A DNA stretch of 64,000 bases from Macrostomum lignano (Eukaryota), in the NCBI GenBank assembly GCA_002269645.1, contig NIVC01000100.1, positions 372,001 to 436,000 of the forward strand. Reading direction: 5' to 3'. The translations under genes and the position numbers were made by a program. Position 1 is the stretch's first letter; the number at the start of each line of letters is the position of its first letter. Under the pieces are notes generated by a model. That model made no database searches. It was not told the origin of the DNA and saw only the letters and a list, made by a program, of their open reading frames with translations. Of this stretch, positions 49,905-62,700 are shown in pieces.

Positions 49905-52900
49905 ATGGCTAAGGCATGCTTTCACTGCATGAGGATATTGGTGATCCTCTTCAATTTGATTTTTGTTGTAAGTACTTAGGGCCTATTTCATTTTGTTGAC
50001 TATTCGTTGAATCTATCTTTCGTTGACTTGACTGTAACTATCATGTTCTCTTTAATTCTTCGCTAGGCCTAGTAATAATTATAATATGTGTTAATAAGTT
50101 AATGTGTGCTTTAACTGATCAACATGAAACTATAGGCTATAGCGCTACTTTTAAGTTTCCACACACTTGCAAACAAGTAATGCTTGTCTGTCTGCTAAAT
50201 TAAAATAACTGCACTTAAGCCTAAAATAAACAATTCATGATTTTTTGTTTTCTCTTTTTAATTTCATTGTTAAATTCACATCTAGGCTGTATTGAAGACT
50301 TTATTATTAAAGAAACTATCAGTACGCCACTGCAGTTTGATTCACATTTTTTTATATTATTGAATTTAGCTAAACAAATAATTTTAGTTTTAGTTTCTTA
50401 CTCCTGGGAGTGCAAGGAACTGTTGTAACATGTAAAACATTTGTTTGTTTGTTTATGACAATAAATGTAAGCCTCACTGTAAACCAGAAAAGGGAGTTCA
50501 TAGTTTAGTATATATGGCAAAATCCAAAAATGTGGGTTAAAACAGTAAAACAAATCTGTGGACATTTGATAGAAGGTAATGTATCTAAAAAAGCTTTTTG
50601 AAAGATGTCTTAAAAAATAGTTCTAGAAAAAAACTATTGTTTTCATGCTTTACATCATTAAAAAATGAATAAAAAACCACAAAAAAAGCCTTTTGAAAGT
50701 CCAAGTTAACCAATTCGCAATTTTTTGTTTCACTTTTTTTAAAACCACATTAACTTGCAAAAATTCATACTAATTTGAAATGCAAAGTTTGCTAGCAAAC
50801 ATCTTTCTCTAAAAGTAAATATTCTGCTAATTCTGTTGCAAAATAATCTTTAAGCTGTTTTTTTTTCATTGAAATATCCACTTGCATACCATGGTCAGGA
50901 AGGTGCAGCGTGTGCGCCGGAATAACATCCATCAAATTTTTTGTTGTGCGCCGCGTGCATCAAGAAAAAAAATTACTTGTGCACCATGTGCCAAGAAAAA
51001 TACACTTGAAAAAGCACCATCAAGTATTAAGTATCTAAATTGAATCAATATCAATGGAAGTTCAAGCAGTTCAATCATGGCTTCTATTTGCAAAATATAT
51101 GCAAAAAGGCGCAACAAAAGCCACGAAAGGTGCAAATTTGTTAAGTTAAAATTGTTTAAATTGTTTAAACAAGTTTAAATTTGTTAGAAACAACATTGGA
51201 AATAACGACTATCGTATCGACTATCGTTTATTTTATTGATTGATTGACATTTAATATACGTTTTTTTATTATTCATTATTATATTGTCACGTACACTGAC
51301 GTACCTTGTGCGCCATGCGCCAAGCCCATGCGCGCGGCGCAGTGAAGTGTGCACCGGCAAATTGCTGATTTGTGCTGGAAAATTCCGATGATTCTACTGT
51401 CTTCCAAGCTGTGGCTTGCATAGTATTAGTGTATATAATATACCTATATTTAGACTTAAATTTTTGGGTAAAAAATGGTACCATAAAATATAAACCTGGC
51501 ATCTAAATCAAATTCTTATTGTAGGCTTATGAGACAGCAAAGAAGAATAAAATTACACTTAAATATGTATCATTATGGCATGTATGTAGGAAAAAAATAA
51601 TTTTCCAAATCCCTTTAGTAGAAGCTGAGTAAAATGCAATTTTCCATTCCTTATGGGAATTCATATTCTTAAATAATAAACTTACATCAAATATAGTATT
51701 TATTGCAAACAAACTCTACAAAATACATGTTGTCAATAGTAACAAAAGTGATAAACAAATAAACTCTTAAAAAGAATAGTAAATGTTGTAGCATTAAAGA
51801 ATGTAATATTACTTAATAACTTAAATTCTTAATAAACACATTATTAGAGCTTTTCTATCATTTTAATTATAGTCATTTGAGTTGTAATTTAATTTACTTT
51901 TTTAACAAATTATTTTATAAAAAAGGCTATACAAATTAAATTAGCATTATATAAATTTATTAAATTATTTTATCATATAGTATGATTAATTTATAATATA
52001 AAGGCTATCTCAAAAGTAGTGAACTACTTTTCTTTATATCTTTCATTCTAAAGATTAATATAACATTATTTTGCACAATTTTATAGTGGCAACTCTCTTC
52101 TTTATATAAATTTTAACATCTTTAAAAACAAACAATTTAAAAAGGTTGCTAGCTAAAATGTAGCAGGAGCTTAGCCATAGACCTAGAGTAATTTAACAAG
52201 CTTGCAAAATTTTGAAATAGAAGCTGACAAATTGGTGAATGACTAGATTAGACCCATGAGCCAATGAAAGTTGCTAGCATGAATATTGGCTACAGTATGC
52301 TCTGTCCTACAAAGGGTATAGGGGTACATTCTCCTAAGCAACACTTGAATGCATATCTATGATTTTTGGTATAAAAAAAGAGAACAAAAAGCAATAAAGC
52401 TGAAGCCCAATAGAAAATTTTCTACTGCTTTAGAATTTTTATGATTTTCCAAGTTTTTCTATAGATATCTCTTTGTCAAAGCAGTCTAACAAAAAAGTCT
52501 GAGTGCATTCAATCAAAAGTACTTTCACTATTTTCCACTAGCTTGTTAACTTACTGTAGGTCTATGGTCAAGCTCCTGCTATATTTCTGTTCCTAACTTT
52601 GTTTCCATTGTCTGATTTTAAAGATGTTAAAGTTATGAAGAAGTTTATATAAAGAAGAGAGTTGCTGCTATACAATTGTAAAAAATGTGTTTTTTGGATC
52701 ATCAAGAGGTATATTGAAAAGTAACATTACTTTTGGGACAGCCCTCATATTTTATGTTGAAATAGTTTAGGTATAATACATAAAATTAAATATAAAGAAA
52801 TATTGGTTATAGCAGAACCCTAAGAAAGAATCATTAAATCATTGATCTATGGTATCACTATCACTATAGTAGCATCTCCTTACTAAAAAAGAATGAAGTT

Positions 52901-55486
52901 ACTCCTATTATTTATAAACAAAATTATAAATTAGTATAACAAAAATACAGATTTTTTATTTTAAAAGTCTGTTTTCCTACTAATCTGTAATATTTCAGAG
53001 TGACTTTACTATCTTAAAGTTACTTTCTAATTCTTTTTGTCTTGTTATTTAACTAGTACTATGCTAATTACTATGGTAAATGCAGCCCTAAACAGTGTCC
53101 CCCTGTTGAAGCTTATATTTCTTCATTAATAAAACTTCCAATAATCTCTTTGATTTTGAACAGCTTGTCGGATGCGCCATTCTCGGCATCGCCATCTTCC
53201 TCTATGTTGACAAGACCTTCAAAGGCATTAAAGACAATATGGAGGAAAGCAAAATTGTGCTAGACATTATTCTATTCTCTGCTATTGGTGTAGGTGGCAT
53301 TACAATCATTGTTAGCACGTTTGGCTGCTGCGGCGCCTATCACGAGTCCGAGTGCCTGTTGGGCACCTACTTTCTCTGTCTGTTTATCATCGTTGCCACC
53401 GAGGTTGCTGCTGGGGTGCTCATCTTCGTCAAGTCTGACAAGGATGTTGTGAGTTGACTCGCTTGACTTACTACTCTAATCTCTGCCCTATATGACTTGG
53501 TATCCCCCTGCCGTCACATATTTAGCCTCTATGACCTGATCTGCCCCTGCTGTCATATCTTTACCCTCTATGACCTGATCTGCCTCTGCTGTCATTTATT
53601 TACCCTCTATGACCCGATCTGCCCCTGCTGTCATATCTTTACCCTCTATGACCTGATCTGCCTCTGCTGTCATATCTTTACCCTCTATGACCTGATCTGC
53701 CTCTGCTGTCATTTATTTACCCTCTATGACCTGATCTGCCTCTGTTGTCATATCTTTACCCTCTGTGACCTGATCTGTCTCTGCTGTCATGTCTCTTAAC
53801 CCTCTATGACCATATCTCCATCTGCCCCTGCTGTCACATCTTTAACCCTCTATGACCTGATCTGCCCCTGCTATCGTATCTTTACCCTCTATGACCTCTA
53901 TAAGTCATATCCTTGCTCTGTCCCCTATTCCTTACTTACCCTTTAGGACCCTAACATCTCCCTCTATACCGTTTTATATGTGTTCTCCTACTTCCTACTA
54001 CTAATGTCCCCTATTCCCACTTTGCCCTCCAGTGATCCCATTCTGAGTTCTGCTCCATTTGTCTACCTTTTTGGCGAGGCCCCTTTATTAATTCATCTTG
54101 TTATCTCAGGTCAAATAAATCATCAATAAACACCCTCCGCCTTCAGTTCCGCGAAGCCATCAACAAAAGCCTGCTATCATCGGTTGAGTCGTACATGAAA
54201 GATGCCGGCGATGCAGCCCCGCCGCAGCACCTGCGCTCCATTCAGAGCTATATGAAATGCTGCGGCGCCAACTCCGTGTTTGACTATGCCAGCAGGATGG
54301 AACTGGTTAGCAGTCGGGATAAAGTGATTAAAGTTGGTAAAGCTTGTCTGTCTGATAAAGAATCGCCCGACTTAACGGATCTGATGGCCTTGAAAGATGT
54401 AAGAAACTAAATGATTTATTATTGTTTATTACTACTCGAAAATCATCTTTTCTTTGCCTTATCACTAATTATATACTTTTTCAATACCATTCAGGGCTGC
54501 ACCGATAAGATCATGACTTTCCTGTCTAACAACAAGCTTTGGGTATTGATTACCGTTGTAATTGTTGCCGCCTTCGAGGTGAGTTTCGCTAACCGACTTT
54601 TCCGCAATTGTACATGCATCTCTTAATGTACACTCTCCCTGACCCTCTCTTCACCCACCCCTGCAGTGTACACTGTTCACCCACCCCTGCAGTGTACACT
54701 GTTCACCCTCTCTGCAGTGTGCACTGTTCACCCTCTCTGCAGTGTACACTGTTCACCCCCTCTGTAGTGTACACTGTTCACCCACCCCTGCAGTGTAAAC
54801 TGTTCACCCACCCCTTGCAGTGTAAACTGTTCACCCCCTCTGCAGTGTACACTGTTCACCCTCTCTGCAGTGTACACTGTTCACCCACCCCTTGCAGTGT
54901 AAACTGTTCACCCCCTCTGCAGTGTACACTGTTCACCCTCTCTGCAGTGTACACTGTTCACCCACCCCTTGCAGTGTAAACTGTTCACCCCCTCTGCAGT
55001 GTACACTGTTCACCCTCTCTGCAGTGTACACTGTTCACCCTCTCTGCAGTGTACACTGTTCACCCCCTCTGCAGTGTACACTGTTCACCCTCTCTGCAGT
55101 GTACACTGTTCACCCCCTCTGCAGTGTTCACTGTTCACCCTCTCTGCAGTGTACACTGTTCACCCTCTCTGCAGTGTACACTGTTCACCCCCTCTGCAGT
55201 GTTCACTGTTCACCCACCCCTTGCAGTGTACACTGTTCACCCTCTCTGCAGTGTACACTGTTCACCCACCCCTTGCAGTGTACACTCTTCACCCCCTCTG
55301 TTGTGTACACTGTTCACCCACCCCTGCAGTTTACACTGTTCACCCACCCGAATGTACACTCAACACCCACCCCCGAATGTACACTCATCACCCACCCTAT
55401 TCCAGCTGCTCACTCTGATTGTCGCCATGAGTCTGTGCTGCACCGTGAGACGCATGGAGTCCGGCTACATTGGCGTTAGCACCTAA
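49905..55486 (+). CDS. Tetraspanin; join(49905..49967,53164..53448,54147..54398,54495..54578,55406..55486), 254 aa
   Basis: Four TM segments, FGCCGAYHES intracellular loop, EC2 with CCG..C..GC, C-terminal GYIGV. All introns are GT-AG, phase 0. Confidence 0.92.
52002..52744. mobile_element. AT-rich palindromic MITE (possibly PIF/Harbinger-like) in tetraspanin intron 1
   Basis: Long degenerate inverted arms (gcaactctcttctttatataa..gcaggagctt..ccatagacct mirrored); flanks taa / tca. Confidence 0.55.
53490..53900. repeat. 39-bp minisatellite in tetraspanin intron 2
   Basis: atgacctgat at 53531 and 53570. Confidence 0.9.
54645..55395. repeat. 25-28-bp minisatellite (ctgcagtgtacactgttcacccaccc) in tetraspanin intron 4
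   Basis: About 27 copies, each with the palindrome cagtgtacactg. Confidence 0.95.
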
Positions 55487-58400
55487 ATGATTTTGGCTTG
55501 GGTTGCGTCAGCAGAGAGAGACTTGCAACTATTTATTATGTGACTAATTAAACAGTTGGAATTGCAGTGTTCCAATGGCTCTGGTTTTGTTATACAGTTT
55601 TTTTTTCTCCCAGTTTTTCTTCAACTTTTTACAAACAAACAAAGAATCTAAACTAAACTATCTATTGGAAATCCAAAAAAACGAAGACATTTTTTTTGTT
55701 TCAAAGTGCGTATTGTATTTGGTTTAACAGTTGTTTTTACACACTGCAAGATGTGTATGTGTTAATACTGTGTTGTCACTTCACCCTGAGGTGACAGTGG
55801 CGCAATGTCCAGTTCGGACGTTATTTTTATGTTACGCTATTGAATTTGGATTATTATACTAAATTATGTTTACGTATAGTATATATATATATATATATAT
55901 CTGTTGTTAAGCTAGTGCAATAATGCTCTCTCTCTCTATCCCTGTTTTACTGTCAATATTACAATTAATTTATTTATTATCATATTAATTAGCTTACTTA
56001 AATCGCTTCTTTTTCTCGGTGGCATTACCTAAATTACAATCGTTCGCGTGTGTGTACATAAGCTTGCCTGTCCCACTATATATATTTATTAAAATGCTAA
56101 TATTTGTGTCGCAGTTTTTATCGGAAACCCCTGATGCTGCTTGCTGATATTACACAGCTTAACTAACTGTTAAGCGATAAATTATTCAGTTGAAGTTTGT
56201 TTTTTGCTCTTCTCCGTTGTTTTTAGTCGAACGATCTCCATTATTTATACTGTGTATTGTGTAATACGTGTCTACGTCTTGAAATTATTGTTATTATTAT
56301 TAATAATCATACGTGTTAAAACTAAACTTCGCAAAGTTTAATTATCTCCACAAATATATATTTTTTAGATAGTGTGAGTAAATTACAGTTGCTGTCATCT
56401 ATTATTATTATTATTAATTACTAATTGTCTGTCTTGTCGCTTTTTGTGCTACTGAAGCTTATTAATATTATTATTATAACAAAACACCTTGCAACTTTAA
56501 TGTGTTTTCCGTTTCCCGGAAACTAATAATAACTAAACTAATAATCAGCAATATTATTGTTCAACTTTTTAGAGTCAGAAAATTTAATAAAAAAGAACAT
56601 TCGCTTTGTGATTGACGGTGTTATTGGTGTCGTTATTTTGAGGCAACTGTTCGAACTTCGTTGACCTTGGCTGGCATCATGTGTTATTTTAGCATTTTAT
56701 GACTGCAGCTGCTACAAGTTCGCGCGTGGCTAGTTAGAATTATCTAATCTAAATCGAAACGTTGAAAAGTATGCATAATTTAACATTTGGGTTCAGAACT
56801 TCAGATTTGAATTCGAATTCGCAGGTTTCTCGGTTTGCTTCAGACACTTGCAGTTGCAGTTGTGCAGTGGAGCGGATTTAGAAAGGCACAGACAGAACAA
56901 GGGTAGACGTTGAACTAAGCAACGGAAGAAGAGCGATGGCAAGGGACGCTCGGTCGGGGGTTGGAATTATTGGCTGGCCTGCCATTTTGAGGCCTTCAAC
57001 CACGCATCGGCATCGGCATGGCTGGGCTTCTGGCCTGGCTCTACTACACGGCTAGGTCTAATCCCGGCCTGAACAATAAGTACAGCCTGACATTGGACCA
57101 GATAGAGATTTCTCTGTCCTTATATGCTGGGTATGTACGTTTGCCTAATTTGGCGGTTCCTGCGCGACGGGGGGTTGGGAGAGGGTTAGAAGGTTTGGAA
57201 CTGAACTGACTGTTCGTTCAAAATCGATGCGCGGGGGGGGGCTTGCCTAAGAGTTTTTTCTCTCGCCTTGTAAACCTCTCTCCCAGTCCCCCACTATAAC
57301 GGAGGAATATGGGGGTGATGGGCACGGGCGGAGGGCATGGAGTCGGAGGGTGGTTTGAAGATACTAGGCTTCTCTTTTCTTTGTAATTAAGATTAAGACC
57401 GACAAACCTAGAGAGAGATGTACAGTACATGTACTCACTGTACACACATTTTGTCAGGCCTATATTTAGCAGTTATTTCAGAGAAATTACGAGTAAGACA
57501 TCAAACGGTCCGTTAGTTGAAATTTAAATGTACATTGCTACTGTACATCGTCTTTTATCTTATCTTCAGTTCAGTTTTCCTCTTATTAACTCTGCCGTTG
57601 GCCTTCTCGCCGGAAAGTATATCGACTTGTACATGTTTAAATGTTTTATGTACATGTATTGGGTTGGCCGAAGTTTTAATTTTGTACCCTTATAATTATT
57701 TATGCCTGTTTTCCTAATTTTCCCTTTCTCGGGCTGGGGCTGTTCGTCTGTGTTATGTTGAAGGCTTATTGGTGGAAAAAAGCAAGAGAAGGATCAGCCA
57801 GAACTTTGCCTGGCTCGCAGCTACAGCTAATCCACCAGAGAATGTACACATACATGTAGGCACAGTTACATTGCGCCGATATCTGTTACCCCCCGGTCAC
57901 ATGCAGGCACGCGTAGCTACATGCACTCATAGCTCTCCCAACTCGGTAGAAATCCCAAGGCATGTTGAGGGCTATAAATTATTTTTTCGGTAATTACTGT
58001 ATACATAACCCAGAGTACATGTACGTCAAAGTATTTTCCCCTGGCAGCTAATGCTAAGTTGTTCTTGGCCGGTTGCTGTTGGTAGGAAAACTGCATGGAA
58101 TTGCTGCCTTGGCGATCTTCTGTCATACCCCAAGAAGTTCCCCCATTGGGAGTGGGAAGGTAGGACGTAGTTCACACTGTATAGAGCCGCAGCCGCAGAA
58201 ATGCCTCTGCCAGTTTCTTTTTTAGCTCCCAGTATCCCCTTTGTATAGAAAAATCCATATCGCCATGTCTATCTATAGCAGTTGCACACTCTATTCTTAT
58301 TCCATATTTTGATGCCACCATACAAACACCACAATACACTGCCATGCAGTTTTCCTGACATTTCATATACAGGGCGCGAGATTCTAAAAAATGCTAGAAA

Positions 58401-58669
58401 ATCTCAGTAAAGGGATATAGTAAAAATATTCTGTATATGCACGCAGCACGACTGCATAATAGCATATACATGCACAGATGAAAAAGCGTCGAAAAAAGAT
58501 CATCGATCAGTTATATATTTGCCAGAATCATTGCGCTTCCGGTGCACACTGCATGGCTAGGGCCTTTATTATCTGGAATTAAATGGCTTCCGTTAGTGGA
58601 GCAGCCAATTTTATTGCGCAGGAATGAATAAAAATCTGTACTCTGCGACGGGGTAATCAGTGAGATAAG

Positions 58670-59270
58670 TGCCTGCATGCGGCGCCAAAATGAGTTCCTG
58701 CGGCGCTAAAGTTATTGCCTGCATGTGGCGCTTCAATGAGTGCCTGCCGCGCTAAAGTTATTGCCTGCATGTGGCGCTTAAATGAGTGCCTGTGGCGCTA
58801 AAGTTATTGCCTGCATGTGGCGCTTAAATGAGTGCCTGTGGCGCTAAAGTTATTGCCTGCATGTGGCGCTTAAATGAGTGCCTGTGGCGCTAAAATGAGT
58901 GCCTGCGGCGCCAAAATGAGTGCCTGCGGCGCCAAAATGAGTGCCTGCGGTGCCAAAATGAATGCATGCGGCGCTACAAATGAGTGCCTGCGGCGCTAAA
59001 ATGAGTGCCTGCGGCGCTAAAGTTATTGCCTGCATGTGGCGCTTCAATGAGTGCCTGCCGCGCTAAAGTTATTGCCTGCATGTGGCGCTTAAATGAGTGC
59101 CTGTGGCGCTAAAGTTATTGCCTGCATGTGGCGCTTAAATGAGTGCCTGTGGCGCTAAAGTTATTGCCTGCATGTGGCGCTTAAATGAGTGCCTGTGGCG
59201 CTAAAATGAGTGCCTGCGGTGCCAAAATGAATGCATGCGGCGCTACAAATGAGTGCCTGCGGCGCCAAAC
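58670..59270. repeat. 21/25-bp alternating minisatellite (aaatgagtgcctgcggcgcta / aagttattgcctgcatgtggcgctt)
   Basis: Direct inspection; related units at ~60440-60490. Confidence 0.9.
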
Positions 59271-60252
59271 ATTAGTATACAACACGGATTCTTCATTTAG
59301 GATTCTTGGTTTTGTCCCCCCGCCCCGCACCATGAAATTCATGGCGACGCCTCTGCAGAGTGCATGCAAAAAACTTTTCTGCCGCCAATTCAAACGCACA
59401 ATACTCGTAGACCGCAGCGCGCCGTTGTGAAAAAAACTGGCCTGCAATTTCTTTTGGAAGAATTACCTGCCTAATTGGGACAGCTAGGGGGGCAGGCAGA
59501 GTTAAACTGCAGGGCAGGGCTGAGTGTGCATTAAATTGGTCGTCTGCATGGCACTCAACGCACTTGGAAAAAAGGTGTCAAGCTAGCTAAAGCTCGAACT
59601 GCAGTTATATCTCTACTTTTTTAATTTTCCAGTGTCACTTGAAAATGTACAGGAGTATAATATAATAAGTAAAGCAAAATGAAATGTAAAAAAATAAAAA
59701 ATTCAAATTTTAAGCTGTACAGACTATAAAATGTGTGGCATAGCTCTAACAGACTACTTACAAAAATTAGAAAGTAGTCTTAACAATGTGTTAGAAGTTA
59801 GTTGTACCTATTGCAACATACTTATGTTCATTTAAGTTTAAGCCTTTCTTAATAAAAGTTTAAAAGTTGCTGTGATTGAGTTCGTTGTCGATAAGTTCTC
59901 CACGGCTGTCCGAGATGGTTGAATACTACAGCGGATTTGAGCGTTGCATGAAGTCTCCAAAGACAAGCTGGTAAGAGCCGTTGGAGCAGTCGAGGTGATA
60001 TGCGCGATGCGAAATTGGAAGCCGTTCAGACTGTCCGGATAGGGACGCCCGCAACTGCCTCCTTATCCAACCATCGGGTCCTTTGAAACTTCCACAATAG
60101 CAATCCCGCCTTATTCAGGGTTTGTCTCCTCTTCTTCTCGTTCTTGTCCTGTCTCGTTTTCATTCTCTAACTTTATCCTCTTCTCTTTTCTCCTCTCCTG
60201 TTCAGCAGCCCTCAAGCTATTCCCTCGCTTCTTTTTTCTTTTTATCTCACTT

Positions 60253-60634
60253 CAGTGGCGTAGGCAAGGAGGGATAAGGGGATGTACCCCCCCCCCCCGT
60301 GGGGCTGGGGGTCTGATGTGGGGGCATGAAAAAAGTAGGTAAAAAGAGAAACAAAGTTAACAAATGGTCTTAATCTAAAAAGATGCTGATCTAACAGGAT
60401 GTGCACAGATAGCTATGTAACTAGCACGGTGAGTACCAGAAGCGCTAAAATGAGTGCCTGTGGCTCCAAAATGAGTGTCAGCAGCGCTAAAAAATTGTAG
60501 TACTCATACTTGTACAACATAGTAGCAGGCACAGTGGATGGCGCATGTAATTTTTTCGAAAAGTTACGTTACGCAATACTAATAAGCAGTCTCACCAGTT
60601 GTATCCCCCCGTGAAATTTTTCTAGCTATGCCTG
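60253..60634. mobile_element. hAT-like MITE
   Basis: Starts cagtggcgtagg and ends gctatgcctg; 8-bp TSD tctcactt / tctcaatt (one mismatch). Confidence 0.6.
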
Positions 60635-60860
60635 TCTCAATTCTCTTTGATCTATTCCCTCTCGTCTTTCCTCTGGCCCGCAGCCTTGCTCTGGATGCTC
60701 TATATCTGGCCTTTTAGGTAAATGTTATCCGACCCCCTGATTAAAGTGGCAAAAAACTGAAAACACGATTCTAACTTTCAACAGATACAATGGCAATGAC
60801 CACATTAGTTGTAATTTATTAACGTATATTTGCGAAGAAAATGTACTTATAGCCGCTAAG

Positions 60861-61304
60861 TCACAAGTCTGCTTGAATTCTGTCAAAAATTTGCTCCAAC
60901 GATAAATCTTTCATCGCTTGAGTCTCCAGTCGAACCGCCTCAGCCTCCTGCTCTTCAACAATCAGAGAAGCAGCTCCCTGATGATGTACACGCAGATCAA
61001 AACCGGACTCTTCAAGAGCCTGCAGTTCAGCGGCTTTCCATTTTCGAATTTCGACAGCAATTTTAGTCACATCCTCGAGCAGCCGACCCGTAGATGTCCT
61101 TGCCATCACATTCGACGAAGAATTCGTAGCATCTTCCTCCTCGGGATCTGTATCCTCATCGTCTATTTCACTGCCTTGAAGCTCGCCATTCTCGCTAGAC
61201 AATATCTCGGAATTCTCTGCTTCCTCAGTGTCGGAAATGCAACGACTTTGCTCGTCTTTCTGGTAGGAAACTGCAGATTGATTCAACTCTGGAGCGTCTG
61301 ACAT
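60861..61304 (-). CDS. Acidic orphan protein, 147 aa (a possible short second exon starts at 60736)
   Basis: ATG-initiated, non-repetitive, higher-GC ORF with a D/E-rich N-terminal half and a helical-looking C-terminal half. No family recognised. Confidence 0.5.
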   Translation of the reverse strand: MSDAPELNQSAVSYQKDEQSRCISDTEEAENSEILSSENGELQGSEIDDEDTDPEEEDATNSSSNVMARTSTGRLLEDVTKIAVEIRKWKAAELQALEESGFDLRVHHQGAASLIVEEQEAEAVRLETQAMKDLSLEQIFDRIQADL

Positions 61305-61679
61305 GATGCAGAGATTCGCAGAAACCTCTGTCGACTGCAGTTACAGCGCTGGTTTTTATACACTTGCATGCAAAACTGCTTGTGGAAACTATGAATGCAT
61401 ACATGTGCGCGATTCTTAATCTAATTTTTCTACCTATAGTTCTCATAATTCTTGTAAAAAGCCATACTGCCAAAAGCTTTGTTTAGAAAATAATTAAATT
61501 AATAGATCAATTTATTGACTTGCTCTTGATGCAAGGTGGACTATATACAGGAGCAGCATGGTTAAGAGAAACAGTTGTTCAAAACATTCTGCTTTTCATC
61601 AAATAAAGTGCACTGCATCCCCAACTGCTAATATTAATGAATGCAGCTACATGTGCTGCATAAATCATTTAAGCCCGAG

Positions 61680-62237
61680 GCAACTGAGGATCTAGGAGGA
61701 TAGCCCAGCAACTGAGGATCTGGGAGGCTGGGCCCAGCAAGTGAGGATCTGGGATACTGGCCTAGCAACTGGGGATTTGGGAGGCTGGCCCAGCAATTGA
61801 AGATCTGGAAGGCTGGCCCAGAAACTGAGGATCTGGGAGGCTGGGCCCAGCAACTGAGGATCTGGGAGGCTGGCCCAGCAACTGAAGATCTGGGAGTCTG
61901 GCCCAGCAACTGAGGATCTGGGAGTCTGGCCCAGCAACTGAGGATCTGGGAGTCTGGCCCAGCATCTGAGGATCTGGGAGGCTGGGCCCAGCATCTGAGG
62001 ATCTGGGAGGCTGGGCTCAGCAATTGAGGATCTGGGAGTCTGGCCCAGCATCTGAGGATCTGGGAGGCTGGGCCCAGCAACTGAGGATCTGGGAGGCTGA
62101 CCCAACAACTGAGGATCTGGGAGGCTGGGCCCAGCAAGTGAGGATCTGGGATACTGGCCTAGCAACTGAGGATTTGGGAGGCTGGCCCAGCAATTGAAGA
62201 TCTGGAAGGCTGGCCCAGAAACTGAGGATCTGGGAGA
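61680..62237. repeat. 30-31-bp minisatellite (ggcccagcaactgaggatctgggaggctg)
   Basis: Direct tandem copies; block ~61720-61830 repeated at ~62125-62235. Confidence 0.95.
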
Positions 62238-62700
62238 AAATGGCAGTGGTTGCGAGGGTTCTAAGAAGATTGCAAAATAATTGAAGCAAGCATTTAAGAC
62301 TTGCGCCGTGTTACACGCAATAACGTTTATCACACACAGAGAACACGAAGGATTTCAGCTGATTAACAGGAGGAAAATATCGTTAATCCAACGTAGTGGT
62401 TGATGTATTTGAATTGTGTTGCAAATATAGGCTAGTATAATATAACAAAAACTAAATGGCTACGAGTAAATAGAAATTACACAACACAAAACGTGCATTT
62501 ATCTGGCAATATTTTACGTTAAGATCTATCTTGGATTAATGATGTTGTTAATCAAAAGGGGGCTGGGAGTTTGGTACTAATTTGAAAAGGCTATCAATAA
62601 TATTTATAGGAGATTTGATTAAGTTTTAGTTTAAAAAACGCTACAGAAGTATTGCATCTCAAACGTTTAAAAACTGTAACAAAACCAACAATATTGTCTG

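Noticed and set aside
57018-57209. 63-aa ORF with a donor-like gtatgt
   Set aside because: No downstream exon or family motif found.
58084-58356. 15-bp perfect inverted repeat (aggaaaactgcatgg) around a 64-aa ORF
   Set aside because: No TSD, no recognisable domain; cannot be supported as an element or gene.
61634-62333. 167-213-aa P/Q/S-rich minus-strand ORFs upstream of the orphan
   Set aside because: Translations of the 30-31-bp minisatellite in all three frames.
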